A DNA stretch of 64,000 bases, from positions 74,556 through 138,555 of the forward strand of contig CAZXNM010000006.1 in NCBI GenBank assembly GCA_964641955.1, given 5' to 3'. The notes under the pieces are model-generated. The model was given only the letters and a program-made list of their open reading frames with translations, was not told where the DNA came from and ran no database searches. Shown piece by piece: positions 53,985 to 64,000 of this stretch (its first letter is position 1; the number at the start of each line of letters is the position of its first letter). The stretch comes from an uncultured Planctomycetota bacterium (GTDB lineage: Bacteria; Planctomycetota; SKW154; DAOVDS01). Position numbers and translations under genes: made by a program.

Positions 53985-56216
53985 ATGTTCGGATTTTCGC
54001 TGCTCAACGCTGCGTTCCTGCTGGGCCTGGCCGCCGCTGCCGTGCCCGTGATAATTCATCTTATCCAGAAACGCCATTCCCGCAGCGTGGATTTCCCCTC
54101 GCTCATGTTCCTGCGCCTCATAGACCTGCGCATGGCGAGCCGCCAGAAGCTGCGCGAGCTGCTGATTCTCGCGCTTCGCATCGCGGCGATTGCGCTTTTC
54201 GCATTTGCTCTGGCCAAGCCGATTCTGCGCACCCGGACAGCGAGCGCCGGAGCCAGGACCTCGACGACCGCAGCCATCATCGTGGACAACTCCTACTCGA
54301 TGAGCTACAAGGAGTCGGGAGTGACCGGCCTCGAACGGGCGAAGGAAAAGGCCCTCGCGGTGCTCGGGACGCTCGCGCCCGGCGACGATGCGGCCATTAT
54401 CCCCGTCGCGGGCTACGCCCCCGCGGATGCGCAGCTCAGCAAGGACCTGGCCGGGCTGGAGCGGCGCGTGAAGCTGCTCAAGGAGAACCCGACCGCCGGC
54501 TCGCTCGAAGGCGCGCTCAGCCTCGCGGTCAAGGCGCTGAAAAGCTCCACCGAGGTCAACAAGGAACTCTACATTATCAGCGACTACCAGCTTACGCTCT
54601 GGGAGCCCGTGCTCGAGGGAAGCTCCCTGCAGGAAGTGGACGCGAACGTCATCGTCGTTGATGTCGCGGCGGTCGAGCCGGTCAACATGGCGCTCACATC
54701 GGTAAAAGTAGGCCACAGGCGCGGCGAGGGTGGCGCGCTGGAAATCGAGACGGAGATCCGCAACTTCTCCGGCAGTGCCGCGAACGCCCGGGTCGCGCTC
54801 GTCCTCGACGGCAAGACCCGCAGCGAGAAGCCCGTAACGGTGCCCGCCGGCGGCAGCGCGTCAATCTCTTTCACGCGCAGCGCAGACGAGGGCAGGCTTC
54901 GTGGCCACGTCTTCCTGCAAACTGACGGGCTGGCAACGGATAACAAGCGTTTCTTCGCTTCCTCGGCAGGCGAGGCGGTCCCAGTCCTGGTCATAAACGG
55001 CGACCCTTCGGATATCTGGGACCTCGACGAGACGTACTACCTCACGGCCGCGCTGGCTCCCGCGCTCGCCGAGAATCTTGAAGAAGACGGCTCGGTTGGA
55101 GCTTCTTCACCGGTACGGCCTAAAGTGGTCTCCGAGGCAGGCCTTCGCGGCGAGAATCTCGACAACTACAGCGCCATTGTCCTCGCGAACGTGGGACAGC
55201 TCGATGATGTGCTTGTGGCCGACATTGACAAGTTCGTTCGCGGCGGCGGCGGCCTCGTCATGTTTGCCGGCGACCGTATGAGGCCCGAGACCTACAACAA
55301 GCTCATGGGCAGGAACTCGACGGCGCATCTGCTGCCCTGTGAACTCGTGGGAACCCGCGATTATCCCGATTCCGCCGCGGTTAGCCTGCCGGCAGGCGGG
55401 ATTGACTGGGAGCACGGCGTCTTCTCCGCGTTGAAAGCGGTTCGCGAGGAGGGCTTCGAGACCACGCGCTTCACTAAAATCATGATATGCGAGCGAGACA
55501 GGGAGGACAAGGCCGTTTCCGTGCTGGCAAGGTTCTCGAACGGCTTCCCCGCCCTGAGCGAACGAAAGACAGGTGCCGGTTCGGTGCTCCTGTTCGCGGC
55601 GTCATGCGACCGCGACTGGACCAACATGCCTCTGAGGCCCATATACCTGCCGCTCGTGCACGAGATGATTCGTTACATTTCCTCCAGGCAGCAGCGCCTC
55701 AGGAGCTACCTGGTCGGCGAGCCTGTAAAGTACACCTTCCCTCCGGCGGAAGAGAATATCGAGGTTTCCGTGACCGACCCCGCCGGGCGCGCTTATGAGG
55801 CGGCGGTCGAGCCGGCGGGCGGAGCAATCACCGCAACGTTCGCGGAGACGGTAATGCCGGGAATTTATAACGCCGCCATAAGAAGCTCTTCGGGAAAACA
55901 GGGCGAATACTTCGCCGTGAACCTGGATATCTCGGAGAGCAATCTCCTGCGCGTCCCGCCGGCCGAAGCGAGGGAGGCGCTCGGGAGCAACGTGCTCCAG
56001 CTTAGAAGCGGCGACGACCTCGCCTCCGCTATCTGGCGCATGAGGACGGGCGTAAAACTGTGGGATTACTTCTTCTACCTCGCGCTCCTAGCGCTGCTTG
56101 TCGAGGGCTGGCTGGCGAACCGGCTGGTCCCGCACACCGCCAAACCGGGCGAGCAGAGCGCGCGGGAGAAATTGCTGGCTAAAGAGACCGAAAAGGCGAC
56201 TGCGGTTCTGAGGTAA
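53985..56216 (+). CDS. BatA-like vWA-domain membrane protein with N-terminal double-TM domain and C-terminal TM anchor
   Basis: 'MFGFSLLNAAFLLGLAAAAVPVIIHLIQKRHSRSVDFPSLMFL' (aerotolerance-type N-terminal double-TM signature, PxIIHL). vWA MIDAS 'IIVDNSYSMSY'. C-terminal 'LWDYFFYLALLALLVEGWL'. Confidence 0.7.
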   Translation: MFGFSLLNAAFLLGLAAAAVPVIIHLIQKRHSRSVDFPSLMFLRLIDLRMASRQKLRELLILALRIAAIALFAFALAKPILRTRTASAGARTSTTAAIIVDNSYSMSYKESGVTGLERAKEKALAVLGTLAPGDDAAIIPVAGYAPADAQLSKDLAGLERRVKLLKENPTAGSLEGALSLAVKALKSSTEVNKELYIISDYQLTLWEPVLEGSSLQEVDANVIVVDVAAVEPVNMALTSVKVGHRRGEGGALEIETEIRNFSGSAANARVALVLDGKTRSEKPVTVPAGGSASISFTRSADEGRLRGHVFLQTDGLATDNKRFFASSAGEAVPVLVINGDPSDIWDLDETYYLTAALAPALAENLEEDGSVGASSPVRPKVVSEAGLRGENLDNYSAIVLANVGQLDDVLVADIDKFVRGGGGLVMFAGDRMRPETYNKLMGRNSTAHLLPCELVGTRDYPDSAAVSLPAGGIDWEHGVFSALKAVREEGFETTRFTKIMICERDREDKAVSVLARFSNGFPALSERKTGAGSVLLFAASCDRDWTNMPLRPIYLPLVHEMIRYISSRQQRLRSYLVGEPVKYTFPPAEENIEVSVTDPAGRAYEAAVEPAGGAITATFAETVMPGIYNAAIRSSSGKQGEYFAVNLDISESNLLRVPPAEAREALGSNVLQLRSGDDLASAIWRMRTGVKLWDYFFYLALLALLVEGWLANRLVPHTAKPGEQSAREKLLAKETEKATAVLR

Positions 56217-56220
56217 ATGC

Positions 56221-58452
56221 ATGGGACTCGAACTGGCAAGCGACTGGCACCCCGCCCTTGCGGTGCTTGCCATCCTGGGGCTGGCGGCCCTGGTCTATGC
56301 AGCCTACTTCCGAAACTTCCACGCGCTGCCGCGCAGGAAAGGCTGGATGCTTCTGGGCCTTCGAATCGGGGTTGTCATCTTCCTGTTTCTGTGCATTCTC
56401 AAGCCCGTCATCTCCTACCAGTCGATTGCGGGCGAGAAGACCAGGCTCGTGCTTCTCGTGGACAACTCCAGGTCCATGACGCTGCCCCTCAAGGATGCGA
56501 GGGGGCAGAGGAAGCGCATAGATGTCGCGCGCGACCTCGTCTACGGGTCGGACGGCGTCCTCGGGCCTCTCGGCAGGTATTTCGTCGTCCAGAATTTCTC
56601 CTTCGCCGGTTCCGCCGGCCAGTTGCCCTCGGACGGCACGGGCAAGATGCTCGACGCGCAGGGCGACTCCACTGCCATACTCAAGAGTCTGCGCGAGGCC
56701 GCGGCGAAGTCCGGCGCAACCGCGCCGGTCGCGGCTGTGCTCGTAAGCGATGGCGCGGATAATTCCGCAGCAGAGGCGAAGGGTCAGGAACTCGGCTTTC
56801 CCGTATTCGCCGTCGGCGTCGGGTCGAAACTTTCCGATGCGGGCGTGGCGGACCTCTCGGTCGGCGCACCCAAAGCGCCAGAACAGGCCTACAAAAACAC
56901 AACCGTCCAGGTCGAGGTCGAGGTCAGGGCATTCGGTCTCAAGAACAGGACTGCAATCCCGGTAACGCTGACGGGCCCGGAGGGAGAAATGGTCACCGCC
57001 TCCGAGGTCAGCCTGTCAGGCGAGAAGCGCAGCGACACCGTGACTCTCACTTTCAGGCCCGAGTCCGCCGGCGTGTTCGAATACGCCGTCTCCGTGATTG
57101 AGCTTGAAAAGGAACTTGTCAAGGTGAACAACAGGCAGTCCTTCAACCTGCACGTGCTCGACTCGAAGATGAGAGTGCTCCTGGTGGACAGGGCACGCTG
57201 GGAATACAAGTACCTCAAGATGGTGCTCGAACAGGACCCCAACATCAGCTTCACCGGCGCCGTCCTTACTCAGGAGAACCTGTTCACGCTGCAGGGCGTG
57301 GGGCGCGCGGAGCTTGTGGCGCGCGGGCTGCCGGCAGACGTGCAGGGCTACGAGAACTGGGACATCGTGATACTCGGCGACCTCAAGAGCGAGGCGTTCG
57401 CCGCGGACCAGCTCGAAGCCCTCAAAAAGTTCGTCGAAGGCGGCGGCGGATTCTGCGCCCTCGGCGGCCGGGACGCGCTTGGCGCGGGCGGCTACGGCGG
57501 CACCGAGCTGGAGGAAATCCTTCCCGTATCGCTGGGTGGCCGCAGCTCCGGGCAGGAGCCGGACAGCTTCGTCATGCAGGTTACCGAAGAAGGCAAGCGA
57601 CATCCCGTAATGCAGGGGACAGCCGACTATTTCGAAGGAGCCGGCGATGCCGCATGCGAGCTTTACGGGGCGAACGTGACGGGCAGGCGAAAGCCCGGTG
57701 CCATGGTCCTCGCGGAGCACCCGGAAGTGAGCATCGAGGGCGAACCGCTCGTCATCGTCGCAGTCCAGCGTTACGGCGAAGGCAAGACCATGATTATGAC
57801 AGGGAGCACGACGTACAAGTGGCACCTGCGCCACAGGGGCCTCGGCCTCGATTCGCCGTACGTCCGGTTCTGGGGGCAGGCGGTCAGGTGGCTCGCGGGC
57901 GAAAAGAGCAGCACGGGGCCGCTCTCCCTGTGGACCGACAGGCGCAATTATCTGCCCGGCCAGACCGTTCACATAAAGGCGCGGGTCGATACGGAGCTTG
58001 TGAGGCAGCCGCTGCCCGAGACCCTGCCGGTGCAAGTCGAGACCGAGAAGATGCTCGAAACGGAGCATGTCAGAATCCAGCCCGACAAGAGGACTTACGA
58101 GGGCGAATTCATCCCGAAAGCCGGCGGGCGCTACAGGATTATGACCTCCGTTACGGACCGCGAGGACAAGACCGTCCAGGAATCCGTCGAGGTCGTGGTG
58201 GGCAGGAGCAACCTCGAATTCGAGAACGCGGACCTCAACGACGAGTTCCTGAGGCGCATCGCCGCGGAGAGCGGCGGCAAGTATTACAGCATGCACGAGG
58301 CGTCGAAGTTGGTCAGGGATATCGAGGCCATCGCCAGCGCGAGTTCCGAGGAGCGGGAAGTCTCCATCTGGGATACGCCGCTGTTTTTCCTGCTGTTTCT
58401 CGGCCTGGCCACCGCCGAGTGGATTTTAAGAAAACGAAATATGCTTGTTTAG
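56221..58452 (+). CDS. Second vWA-domain membrane protein (BatB-like position)
   Basis: N-terminal TM pair 'ALAVLAILGLAALVYAAYF' / 'MLLGLRIGVVIFLFLCILKPV'. MIDAS 'LLVDNSRSMTL'. C-terminal TM 'PLFFLLFLGLATAEWIL'. Confidence 0.65.
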   Translation: MGLELASDWHPALAVLAILGLAALVYAAYFRNFHALPRRKGWMLLGLRIGVVIFLFLCILKPVISYQSIAGEKTRLVLLVDNSRSMTLPLKDARGQRKRIDVARDLVYGSDGVLGPLGRYFVVQNFSFAGSAGQLPSDGTGKMLDAQGDSTAILKSLREAAAKSGATAPVAAVLVSDGADNSAAEAKGQELGFPVFAVGVGSKLSDAGVADLSVGAPKAPEQAYKNTTVQVEVEVRAFGLKNRTAIPVTLTGPEGEMVTASEVSLSGEKRSDTVTLTFRPESAGVFEYAVSVIELEKELVKVNNRQSFNLHVLDSKMRVLLVDRARWEYKYLKMVLEQDPNISFTGAVLTQENLFTLQGVGRAELVARGLPADVQGYENWDIVILGDLKSEAFAADQLEALKKFVEGGGGFCALGGRDALGAGGYGGTELEEILPVSLGGRSSGQEPDSFVMQVTEEGKRHPVMQGTADYFEGAGDAACELYGANVTGRRKPGAMVLAEHPEVSIEGEPLVIVAVQRYGEGKTMIMTGSTTYKWHLRHRGLGLDSPYVRFWGQAVRWLAGEKSSTGPLSLWTDRRNYLPGQTVHIKARVDTELVRQPLPETLPVQVETEKMLETEHVRIQPDKRTYEGEFIPKAGGRYRIMTSVTDREDKTVQESVEVVVGRSNLEFENADLNDEFLRRIAAESGGKYYSMHEASKLVRDIEAIASASSEEREVSIWDTPLFFLLFLGLATAEWILRKRNMLV

Positions 58453-58508
58453 TATAGCTACTGCGGCGCGTGCCGTGCGTTATATATATAGTGGAACGGA
58501 GCGCGATA

Positions 58509-59729
58509 ATGCCGAAAGCATCAATTTTATTGCTTATCCTGCTGTTCGCTGCCCTCGCTGCGGGGCAGGAAGGCGATAAAGAGCAGGAAAAGCCGGAGAA
58601 ACCCGCAGGAAACGAGGAAAAGCCCGCGAAGGAGGAAGCGGCCCGCCAGCTTCGCCAGGGCGAGGCGCACGGGACAGTCGTATTCTCGGACGGCTCCAGC
58701 ATCGCCGGCATTGTCCACGCCACGGGCTTCAAGCCTATAAAGGTATACGACAGCCGGGAGAAGAAGTTTAAGCACCTGCCGCTCGAACACATTGCGAACC
58801 TGAAGGTCGTAATCACAAAGCAGGAAATGGTGCGCGAATGGCGTTTCAAGGAAGAGAGCAAGGACGAAAAGCTCTACACGGGCAAAACGTTCCCCCGCAA
58901 GGACTACGAACTCCACGTCACGCTTCGTAGCGGCCAGGAAGTGCACGGAACATGCAACGGTATTCTCTACGTTGAATCGGGCGACGAGAAGACCCGGTTC
59001 TGGCTGAAACACTACGACAGGGGTAAGATTGACGAGACGCTCGATGATATCGTCCACGTCAAGGAAATCAAGTTTGCCAATCCCAAGGAGAAGGCCGTGG
59101 ACTGCCGGATATCCGGCACTATCAAGGCCGAGGGAGAAGTAGAGGATGTCATAGCGGTCCAGCACCGCTACAAGATGTTCGTCAAGGGCAAGGTCAAGAA
59201 AACCGGCGAGTACGTTGTCAAGGACCTCCTCCCCGGTTACTATGACCTCGTCATTGTAACGAAGGACTCCGTCTTCACATCCCCCGGCATGAAAGGCGAG
59301 GACTTCGCGGATAACAATCTTTCGGACCAGGACAAGGCCGACATTGCCAAGAGAGTCTGGGAAATCAAGGACTTCTTCGAAGAAAAGAAGGTTCTGCACG
59401 TCGTCGGCAACGTCAAGCGCGCGAAAGTGATTGTCAAGACCCAGAGAAAGAGCAAGACATCGCTCGAAAAGAAGGGTGACCTGCCTCTTATCTTCTTTCA
59501 CATCGAGTACTGGGTGATGCACAAGGTAGGCGAGCGCTGGCTCGTTGACTGGCGAATACAGCTCCTGCGCGAAAAGGGCGACCAGGAGACCAAGAAGGAC
59601 ACCAAAACATTCGTCAACAGGCCCGAACTCGCCGACAGGAAAATGGAGACGACGGGCACGAAAATGCAACTCGACTTCAACGCGCTCGAAGCCGAAGGCG
59701 GCGACGAAGATGACGTAATCGGGAGGTAG
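58509..59729 (+). CDS. Hypothetical secreted protein (Lys/Glu-rich), in the Bat-like operon
   Basis: Start at 'MPKASILLLILLFAALAAGQEG' (signal peptide). No motif recognised. Confidence 0.5.
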   Translation: MPKASILLLILLFAALAAGQEGDKEQEKPEKPAGNEEKPAKEEAARQLRQGEAHGTVVFSDGSSIAGIVHATGFKPIKVYDSREKKFKHLPLEHIANLKVVITKQEMVREWRFKEESKDEKLYTGKTFPRKDYELHVTLRSGQEVHGTCNGILYVESGDEKTRFWLKHYDRGKIDETLDDIVHVKEIKFANPKEKAVDCRISGTIKAEGEVEDVIAVQHRYKMFVKGKVKKTGEYVVKDLLPGYYDLVIVTKDSVFTSPGMKGEDFADNNLSDQDKADIAKRVWEIKDFFEEKKVLHVVGNVKRAKVIVKTQRKSKTSLEKKGDLPLIFFHIEYWVMHKVGERWLVDWRIQLLREKGDQETKKDTKTFVNRPELADRKMETTGTKMQLDFNALEAEGGDEDDVIGR

Positions 59730-59735
59730 CAGACA

Positions 59736-62700
59736 GTGAGTACGAGAGATTCCGACAAGTCGTATTTCAGGCTCCTTGAGAAGCTGGGCTCGCTGCGCGA
59801 GATGCTGCGCACGACAAGCGCGCTCGAAGGGCTGGGCCTCACGGCGGCCGTGTTCCTCGGAGCGCTGCTCGCGGGCTTCGCGCTCGACAACCTGCTGTGG
59901 CTATCGGCTGGCACGCGCCTGATTCTGCTCCTCGCGGGGATAGCAGCCGTGGGCACGCTGTTCTTCCTGCGCATTTTCAGGCCCCTCACCCGCAAGATAT
60001 CAGACGAGCGCGCTGCCGTCGTCCTCGAAAAAGCCTACCCCGGCCTCGATAATGCCGTCATTAACGCCGTCCAACTCGGCAGGGACAAGCTCGACGACTA
60101 TTCCCGGCTTGTCGCGGACGAGGTCGTCAAGGACGCAGACAGCGAAGTAACGAACCTCAAGCTGCCCGGGGCCGTCGAGAAGAGAAACCTCAAGCGCTAC
60201 TCCATCGCCGCGGGGATTGCGTGCGCGGCAATCGTGCTCTACGTCGTCCTGTTCCCCGCCTACTTCGCCAACGCTTTCCAGCGCTACGCCAGTTTCATGG
60301 GCGACGATGTAATGCCTATTACCAAAACGAAGATAGACATAAAACCCGGCAACACCACCATCCGAAGCGGCGAAGACCTCGTAGTCACGTGTACGCCTTC
60401 CGGCAAGATACCGGACAGTGCAGAGGTCCAGTTCGGCGAAGGGTCACAACTATCCATGCAATATGATGCAGGCAAATTCCTCTACCGGCTGCCGGACGTG
60501 ACCCAGGACGTGGAATACGTGGTGTACGCGGGCGACGCGCGCTCGCGCAGATTCAAGGTCAGTGTCATCTACGTCCCGACAATCGAGAGGGTTGATGTAA
60601 CCTACAAGTTCCCGGAGTATGCCGGACTTGATGACAAGAAAGTCGAGAACACCACCGGCGACCTCGAAGCGGTCGAAGGCGCGATGGCGTTCGTCAGGGC
60701 CGAGTGCTCGAAGCCCGTGAGTTTCGCCACATACGACGAAGGCCGGGGACCCGTTCGCGTCACGGCGAACAGGAACGTCCTGACATGGACCATGCCCATC
60801 GGCGAGACCGGCACGTATACCCTGAAGCTCAGGGACGAGAACCACTACGAGAATTCCTACACCTACCACGTGACCGCGCTGAAGGACAAGGCGCCCAAGG
60901 TCGTCATAACGCGTCCAGGCAGGGACCTTACGTTCGCGGTCGGCAGCGGCAAGCACAGGCTGCCTATCAACTTCCGCGCAAGCGACGACCTCGGCGTGCG
61001 CGAGTGCGCGCTCCTGATGAGCTACGGCGGCGCGGAGCCAGTGACCATCCGGACCTGGAAGCACACAGGCGGCACCCGCGACGTCTCGACCGGGCACGTC
61101 TGGGAAATAGACACCGACAAGATGAAGGTCGGCGAGACGGTCGGCTACTGCGTAACCGCCACGGATGGCAGGCCCGGCGACGAGGGCAGCAGCGCCAGCA
61201 AAGCCTATAAAATCGCAATCGTCATGGAGCGCGACAAGAGACGCGAGACGATAAGCTCCCTCTACAACGTCCACTCGAAGCTGCGCGAGATGCTCAAGGA
61301 GCAGATTCGCAACCGCGACAGGACGGCGGACCTCGCCGGTCTCCTGGACAAGGCCGGCGCCACCGATGATGCCTCGAAAAAGTCGCTTGAGCGAATACAC
61401 CGCAGGCAAAGGGAGATACGCGACCTCGGCGACGAAATTGCACGGCAGGTCTCTTCGGCCAGCGAGTACGAGCGCTCTCTAAAGGAGACGCTCCTGAGCC
61501 TCTCGGCGAACGAAATGCTCGAAGCGGTGCGCGAGCTGGAAAAGGCGCTCAAGGCCGACACGACCGGCAGGAGGGTCGAGAACCTGAAGACCGCTGTCCA
61601 GTGGGAAGAAAAGATAATCGCGGCGCTCCAGAAGCTCCTTACCGACGTCGCGGCCATTAGAAAACAGCTCAGAAAAGGTGAAGACACTACCGCCGAACTG
61701 GAAGAAGAAGACCTCAACCTCAAGAAAGACCTCGCCCGCAACTTCGTAGACGGCCTCGAAGAATTTCTCGAACAGCAGAAGAAGATTATCAAGATGAGCG
61801 AGGAACTCGAGAAGAAGGCTGTCGAGGACTGGACCTCCGGCGATGAGAAAATCCTCGCGGAACTCGAAAGAATCGAGCAGGACTGGTCGAAGTGGTTCAA
61901 GGACATGAAGGACGACCTCAGCCGCCTGCCCGCGCAGGATTTCTCCGACTCCTCGATATGCGACGAGATAATGGAGATATACGAGGAAATCGAACTCGCC
62001 AAGGACGCCCTCACGAGGCGTGATATCGAACTCGCCGTGCCCCACGAGCAGGCCGGGCTGGAGAAGGCCGAAGAGCTGACGACGAACCTTGAACGCTGGC
62101 TGCCCGACGTGCGCGACTATATCAAGTGGGTCATGGAAGATATCCCGGAAGACCAGGAGATACCGCTGACCGACCTGCCAGACGAGCTCGAGGACATTAT
62201 CGGCGAGCTCATCGAGGAGGAGGACCAGCTCTCGGAAGACGCGGACGACGTATCGAGCGCGTGGGCCGACTCGCTCGACAAGGGCGCCGGATGGGGCACG
62301 AGCGACGGGCCCATCTCGAACATGAGCGCCAAGGGCGTCACCGGCAACACGCTGCCCAACACCAACGAGGTCGGCGGGCGAAGCGGCGAAGGCAGGTCCG
62401 GCAAGTCTTCCGGCCAGATGGTCGAGAAGACAGCCACAGGCAAGGGCGGACGCAAAACTCCGACCCGCCTGACCCCGGACCCGTTCGAGGAAGGCGCGGT
62501 CGAGGATACGTCCAAGGACCCGACCGGCGGCTCTACAGGCGGTGGCAAGCTCTCCGGCGGCGGCGAGGAAGGCCTCAGAGGCCCCACCGCACCGCAACTA
62601 AAAGAGCAGATGCAGCGCCTCGCCCGCCAGCAGGCCCAGATTATGTCAAAGTCCGAGCGTCTGAACCACAATCTCAAGAAGGCCAGCCTGCCTTCCGGCG

Positions 62701-62990
62701 ACCTCGGCACTGCGGTCACCGCGATGCAGGGCGCCGAAAAGTGCCTGAAAAACCTCGACCTCAACGGCTTCGCCAAGTACAAAAAGATTGCCGTTGACCA
62801 TCTCGAGGATGCCAAGAAGGTGGTGGCTTCCGAGGTCCGTGCCAAGCGCGAACGAGCACTGGCCATTCCCAAGGATGTCAGGGAAGAAATAATAAACGCG
62901 CAGAAGGAGAAATTCCCCGAAAAGTACAAGGGACTCCTGAGCGACTACTATAAAGTGCTGTCCAACGCCGGCTCGAACGATAAAAAATGA
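59736..62990 (+). CDS. Large (1084 aa) membrane protein: two N-terminal TM helices, beta-rich periplasmic region, long coiled-coil/acidic segment and Gly-rich C-terminal region
   Basis: GTG start. TM 'GLTAAVFLGALLAGFALDNLLWL' / 'LILLLAGIAAVGTLFFL'. Coiled-coil-like 'ELEKKAVEDWTSGDEKILAELERIEQDW'. Acidic run 'PDELEDIIGELIEEEDQLSEDADD'. Gly-rich 'GGSTGGGKLSGGGEEG'. Confidence 0.5.
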   Translation: MSTRDSDKSYFRLLEKLGSLREMLRTTSALEGLGLTAAVFLGALLAGFALDNLLWLSAGTRLILLLAGIAAVGTLFFLRIFRPLTRKISDERAAVVLEKAYPGLDNAVINAVQLGRDKLDDYSRLVADEVVKDADSEVTNLKLPGAVEKRNLKRYSIAAGIACAAIVLYVVLFPAYFANAFQRYASFMGDDVMPITKTKIDIKPGNTTIRSGEDLVVTCTPSGKIPDSAEVQFGEGSQLSMQYDAGKFLYRLPDVTQDVEYVVYAGDARSRRFKVSVIYVPTIERVDVTYKFPEYAGLDDKKVENTTGDLEAVEGAMAFVRAECSKPVSFATYDEGRGPVRVTANRNVLTWTMPIGETGTYTLKLRDENHYENSYTYHVTALKDKAPKVVITRPGRDLTFAVGSGKHRLPINFRASDDLGVRECALLMSYGGAEPVTIRTWKHTGGTRDVSTGHVWEIDTDKMKVGETVGYCVTATDGRPGDEGSSASKAYKIAIVMERDKRRETISSLYNVHSKLREMLKEQIRNRDRTADLAGLLDKAGATDDASKKSLERIHRRQREIRDLGDEIARQVSSASEYERSLKETLLSLSANEMLEAVRELEKALKADTTGRRVENLKTAVQWEEKIIAALQKLLTDVAAIRKQLRKGEDTTAELEEEDLNLKKDLARNFVDGLEEFLEQQKKIIKMSEELEKKAVEDWTSGDEKILAELERIEQDWSKWFKDMKDDLSRLPAQDFSDSSICDEIMEIYEEIELAKDALTRRDIELAVPHEQAGLEKAEELTTNLERWLPDVRDYIKWVMEDIPEDQEIPLTDLPDELEDIIGELIEEEDQLSEDADDVSSAWADSLDKGAGWGTSDGPISNMSAKGVTGNTLPNTNEVGGRSGEGRSGKSSGQMVEKTATGKGGRKTPTRLTPDPFEEGAVEDTSKDPTGGSTGGGKLSGGGEEGLRGPTAPQLKEQMQRLARQQAQIMSKSERLNHNLKKASLPSGDLGTAVTAMQGAEKCLKNLDLNGFAKYKKIAVDHLEDAKKVVASEVRAKRERALAIPKDVREEIINAQKEKFPEKYKGLLSDYYKVLSNAGSNDKK

Positions 62991-63004
62991 CGGAGGACCA
63001 CGGA

Positions 63005-63925
63005 ATGCGTTTCAGTTATATCCTGTGCCTCGGTCTCGCCCTGACGCTGCTGATTCTGACCGTTTCAATGGCCCAGGAGAAGGAGCAGCCAAAGAAAACG
63101 GCTGAAGGCAAGCTCAAGGTTCCCGTTTCCATCTGCGGCAAGTGCGGCTGGTGGAAGGTCGGCACCGCGCCGCTGAAATGCCCCGGATGCAAGGCGACGC
63201 GCGACAGCTTCAAGGACGGCGAGAAGGAAATCAAGGTCGGGCCGGAACTCGTGCCCAACTTCGGCTTCGAGAAAGGCTCGGAAACGCCGGAGGGGTGGGA
63301 CGACGTGGACGACCTAACGACTTTCTACGTCAAGCGCCCCGGCGGCAAGGGCAAATGCCTCAAGTGCGACTCCGACGTCTACGAGAAAGAAGTCGCCGTT
63401 CGTCGGGAAGAGATGAAGAAGCCCAGAGACAAGCGCCCGAAAGCGACGCCCAAGACCCCGACGAGCGGCAAGAAATACAACACCGTCGCCGGCGGCAAGG
63501 GCGCGCTGCTCTGGAGCAGCTACATAGACGTCGAACCCGGGGCCGACTACGTGCTCTCGGCAGAAGTGAACACTTACGCGCCGGAAGTTTTCGTATATAT
63601 TAAAGGTTACACGGAGCACCGGGGCGAGCGCCGCATCATTTACAAGGGCAGGCTTGTCTGCAAGCCGGAAGACAAGAACGAACTCGGCCAGTGGAAGTTT
63701 CACTACAGGCAATTTACTCCCGAGAATCCTAACAACAAGAAGCTCCAGGTGAAATGGGTTAAGGTCATGCTGATGATTTTCTGGCCTCCCGGCGAAGCCT
63801 ACATAGATAACATCAGCATAAGAAAGATACTCGAACCCGGCAAGAAAGAGGAAAAGCCGAAAGAGAAGGAAGAAAAACCCGGGAAAGACGAACAAGAGAA
63901 AAAGCCCGAAGGAAAGAAAGAATGA
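63005..63925 (+). CDS. Secreted protein with N-terminal zinc-ribbon-like CxxC...CxxC and Lys/Glu-rich C-terminus
   Basis: GGAGGA RBS 7 nt before the ATG at 63005 ('MRFSYILCLGLALTLLILTVSMAQE'). 'SICGKCGWWKVGTAPLKCPGCKATRD'. The tracked ORF begins at 62987 (ATGA overlap with the upstream stop). Confidence 0.5.
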   Translation: MRFSYILCLGLALTLLILTVSMAQEKEQPKKTAEGKLKVPVSICGKCGWWKVGTAPLKCPGCKATRDSFKDGEKEIKVGPELVPNFGFEKGSETPEGWDDVDDLTTFYVKRPGGKGKCLKCDSDVYEKEVAVRREEMKKPRDKRPKATPKTPTSGKKYNTVAGGKGALLWSSYIDVEPGADYVLSAEVNTYAPEVFVYIKGYTEHRGERRIIYKGRLVCKPEDKNELGQWKFHYRQFTPENPNNKKLQVKWVKVMLMIFWPPGEAYIDNISIRKILEPGKKEEKPKEKEEKPGKDEQEKKPEGKKE

Positions 63926-64000
63926 CATCCATCAGAACGCTGTTCCTGATTGCAGCGGCGTGTGCCGCTGTCTTTTTGCTTCCGCCTTCCGAGTCGTCCG
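63922..64000 (+). CDS. 5' end of a further secreted/membrane protein gene (3'-truncated by the window edge)
   Basis: ATG at 63922 overlapping the upstream stop (ATGA). 'MTSIRTLFLIAAACAAVFLLP' is signal-peptide-like. Open to the end of the window. Confidence 0.4.
   Translation, partial: MTSIRTLFLIAAACAAVFLLPPSESS

Noticed and set aside
58527-62597. Several 250-380 aa minus-strand ORFs antisense to the Bat-like operon genes (58527..59669, 60450..61409, 61262..62014, 61479..62597)
   Set aside because: No start context or motifs, low-complexity Ser/Arg/Leu-rich translations. The sense-strand genes have RBSs, coupled junctions and domain signatures.

Overview
This is a GC-rich (roughly 60-65% by eye) bacterial chromosomal segment with dense coding on both strands and long spurious antisense ORFs. 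Several encoded families (GspG-like pseudopilins in number, BatA-type vWA proteins with an N-terminal double-TM domain, secreted right-handed beta-helix lipoproteins, secreted alpha/alpha-toroid 'prenyltransferase/squalene-oxidase-repeat'-like proteins) suggest a PVC-superphylum (Planctomycetes-like) organism; that is an inference. Housekeeping content I recognise: cysteine synthase, flavin reductase-like protein, coaX, mnmE-like GTPase, a tightly coupled pyrR-pyrB-pyrC operon, a Crp/Fnr regulator, ruvC, larC, lexA, dapB. Accessory content: (i) a minus-strand operon GAF-histidine kinase -> REC-only response regulator -> GspE/PilB ATPase -> GspF/PilC platform -> three GspG-like pseudopilins -> Wzy_C/O-antigen-ligase-like membrane protein (type IV filament / T2SS-like module with a candidate pilin O-glycosyltransferase); (ii) three tandem ~780-795 aa secreted paralogs with a conserved N-terminal helical region and a C-terminal alpha/alpha-toroid (QxxDGGW-type) domain; (iii) a sharply low-GC ~3.3 kb island carrying a single 1037-aa ORF with an N-terminal HD phosphohydrolase domain fused to an Hsp90/MORC-like GHKL ATPase (candidate horizontally acquired single-gene defence/stress system); (iv) a Bat/MoxR-type cluster (two-repeat DUF4159-like protein, FHA-MoxR fusion, DUF58, two vWA membrane proteins, several secreted/membrane proteins); (v) a LexA neighbourhood with a PHP-domain endonuclease-Q-like gene and a secreted HExxH protein. 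No rRNA, tRNA, CRISPR array, transposase or integrase was recognised. All coordinates and motif observations come from reading the sequence and ORF track. All family assignments are motif-based without database searches.
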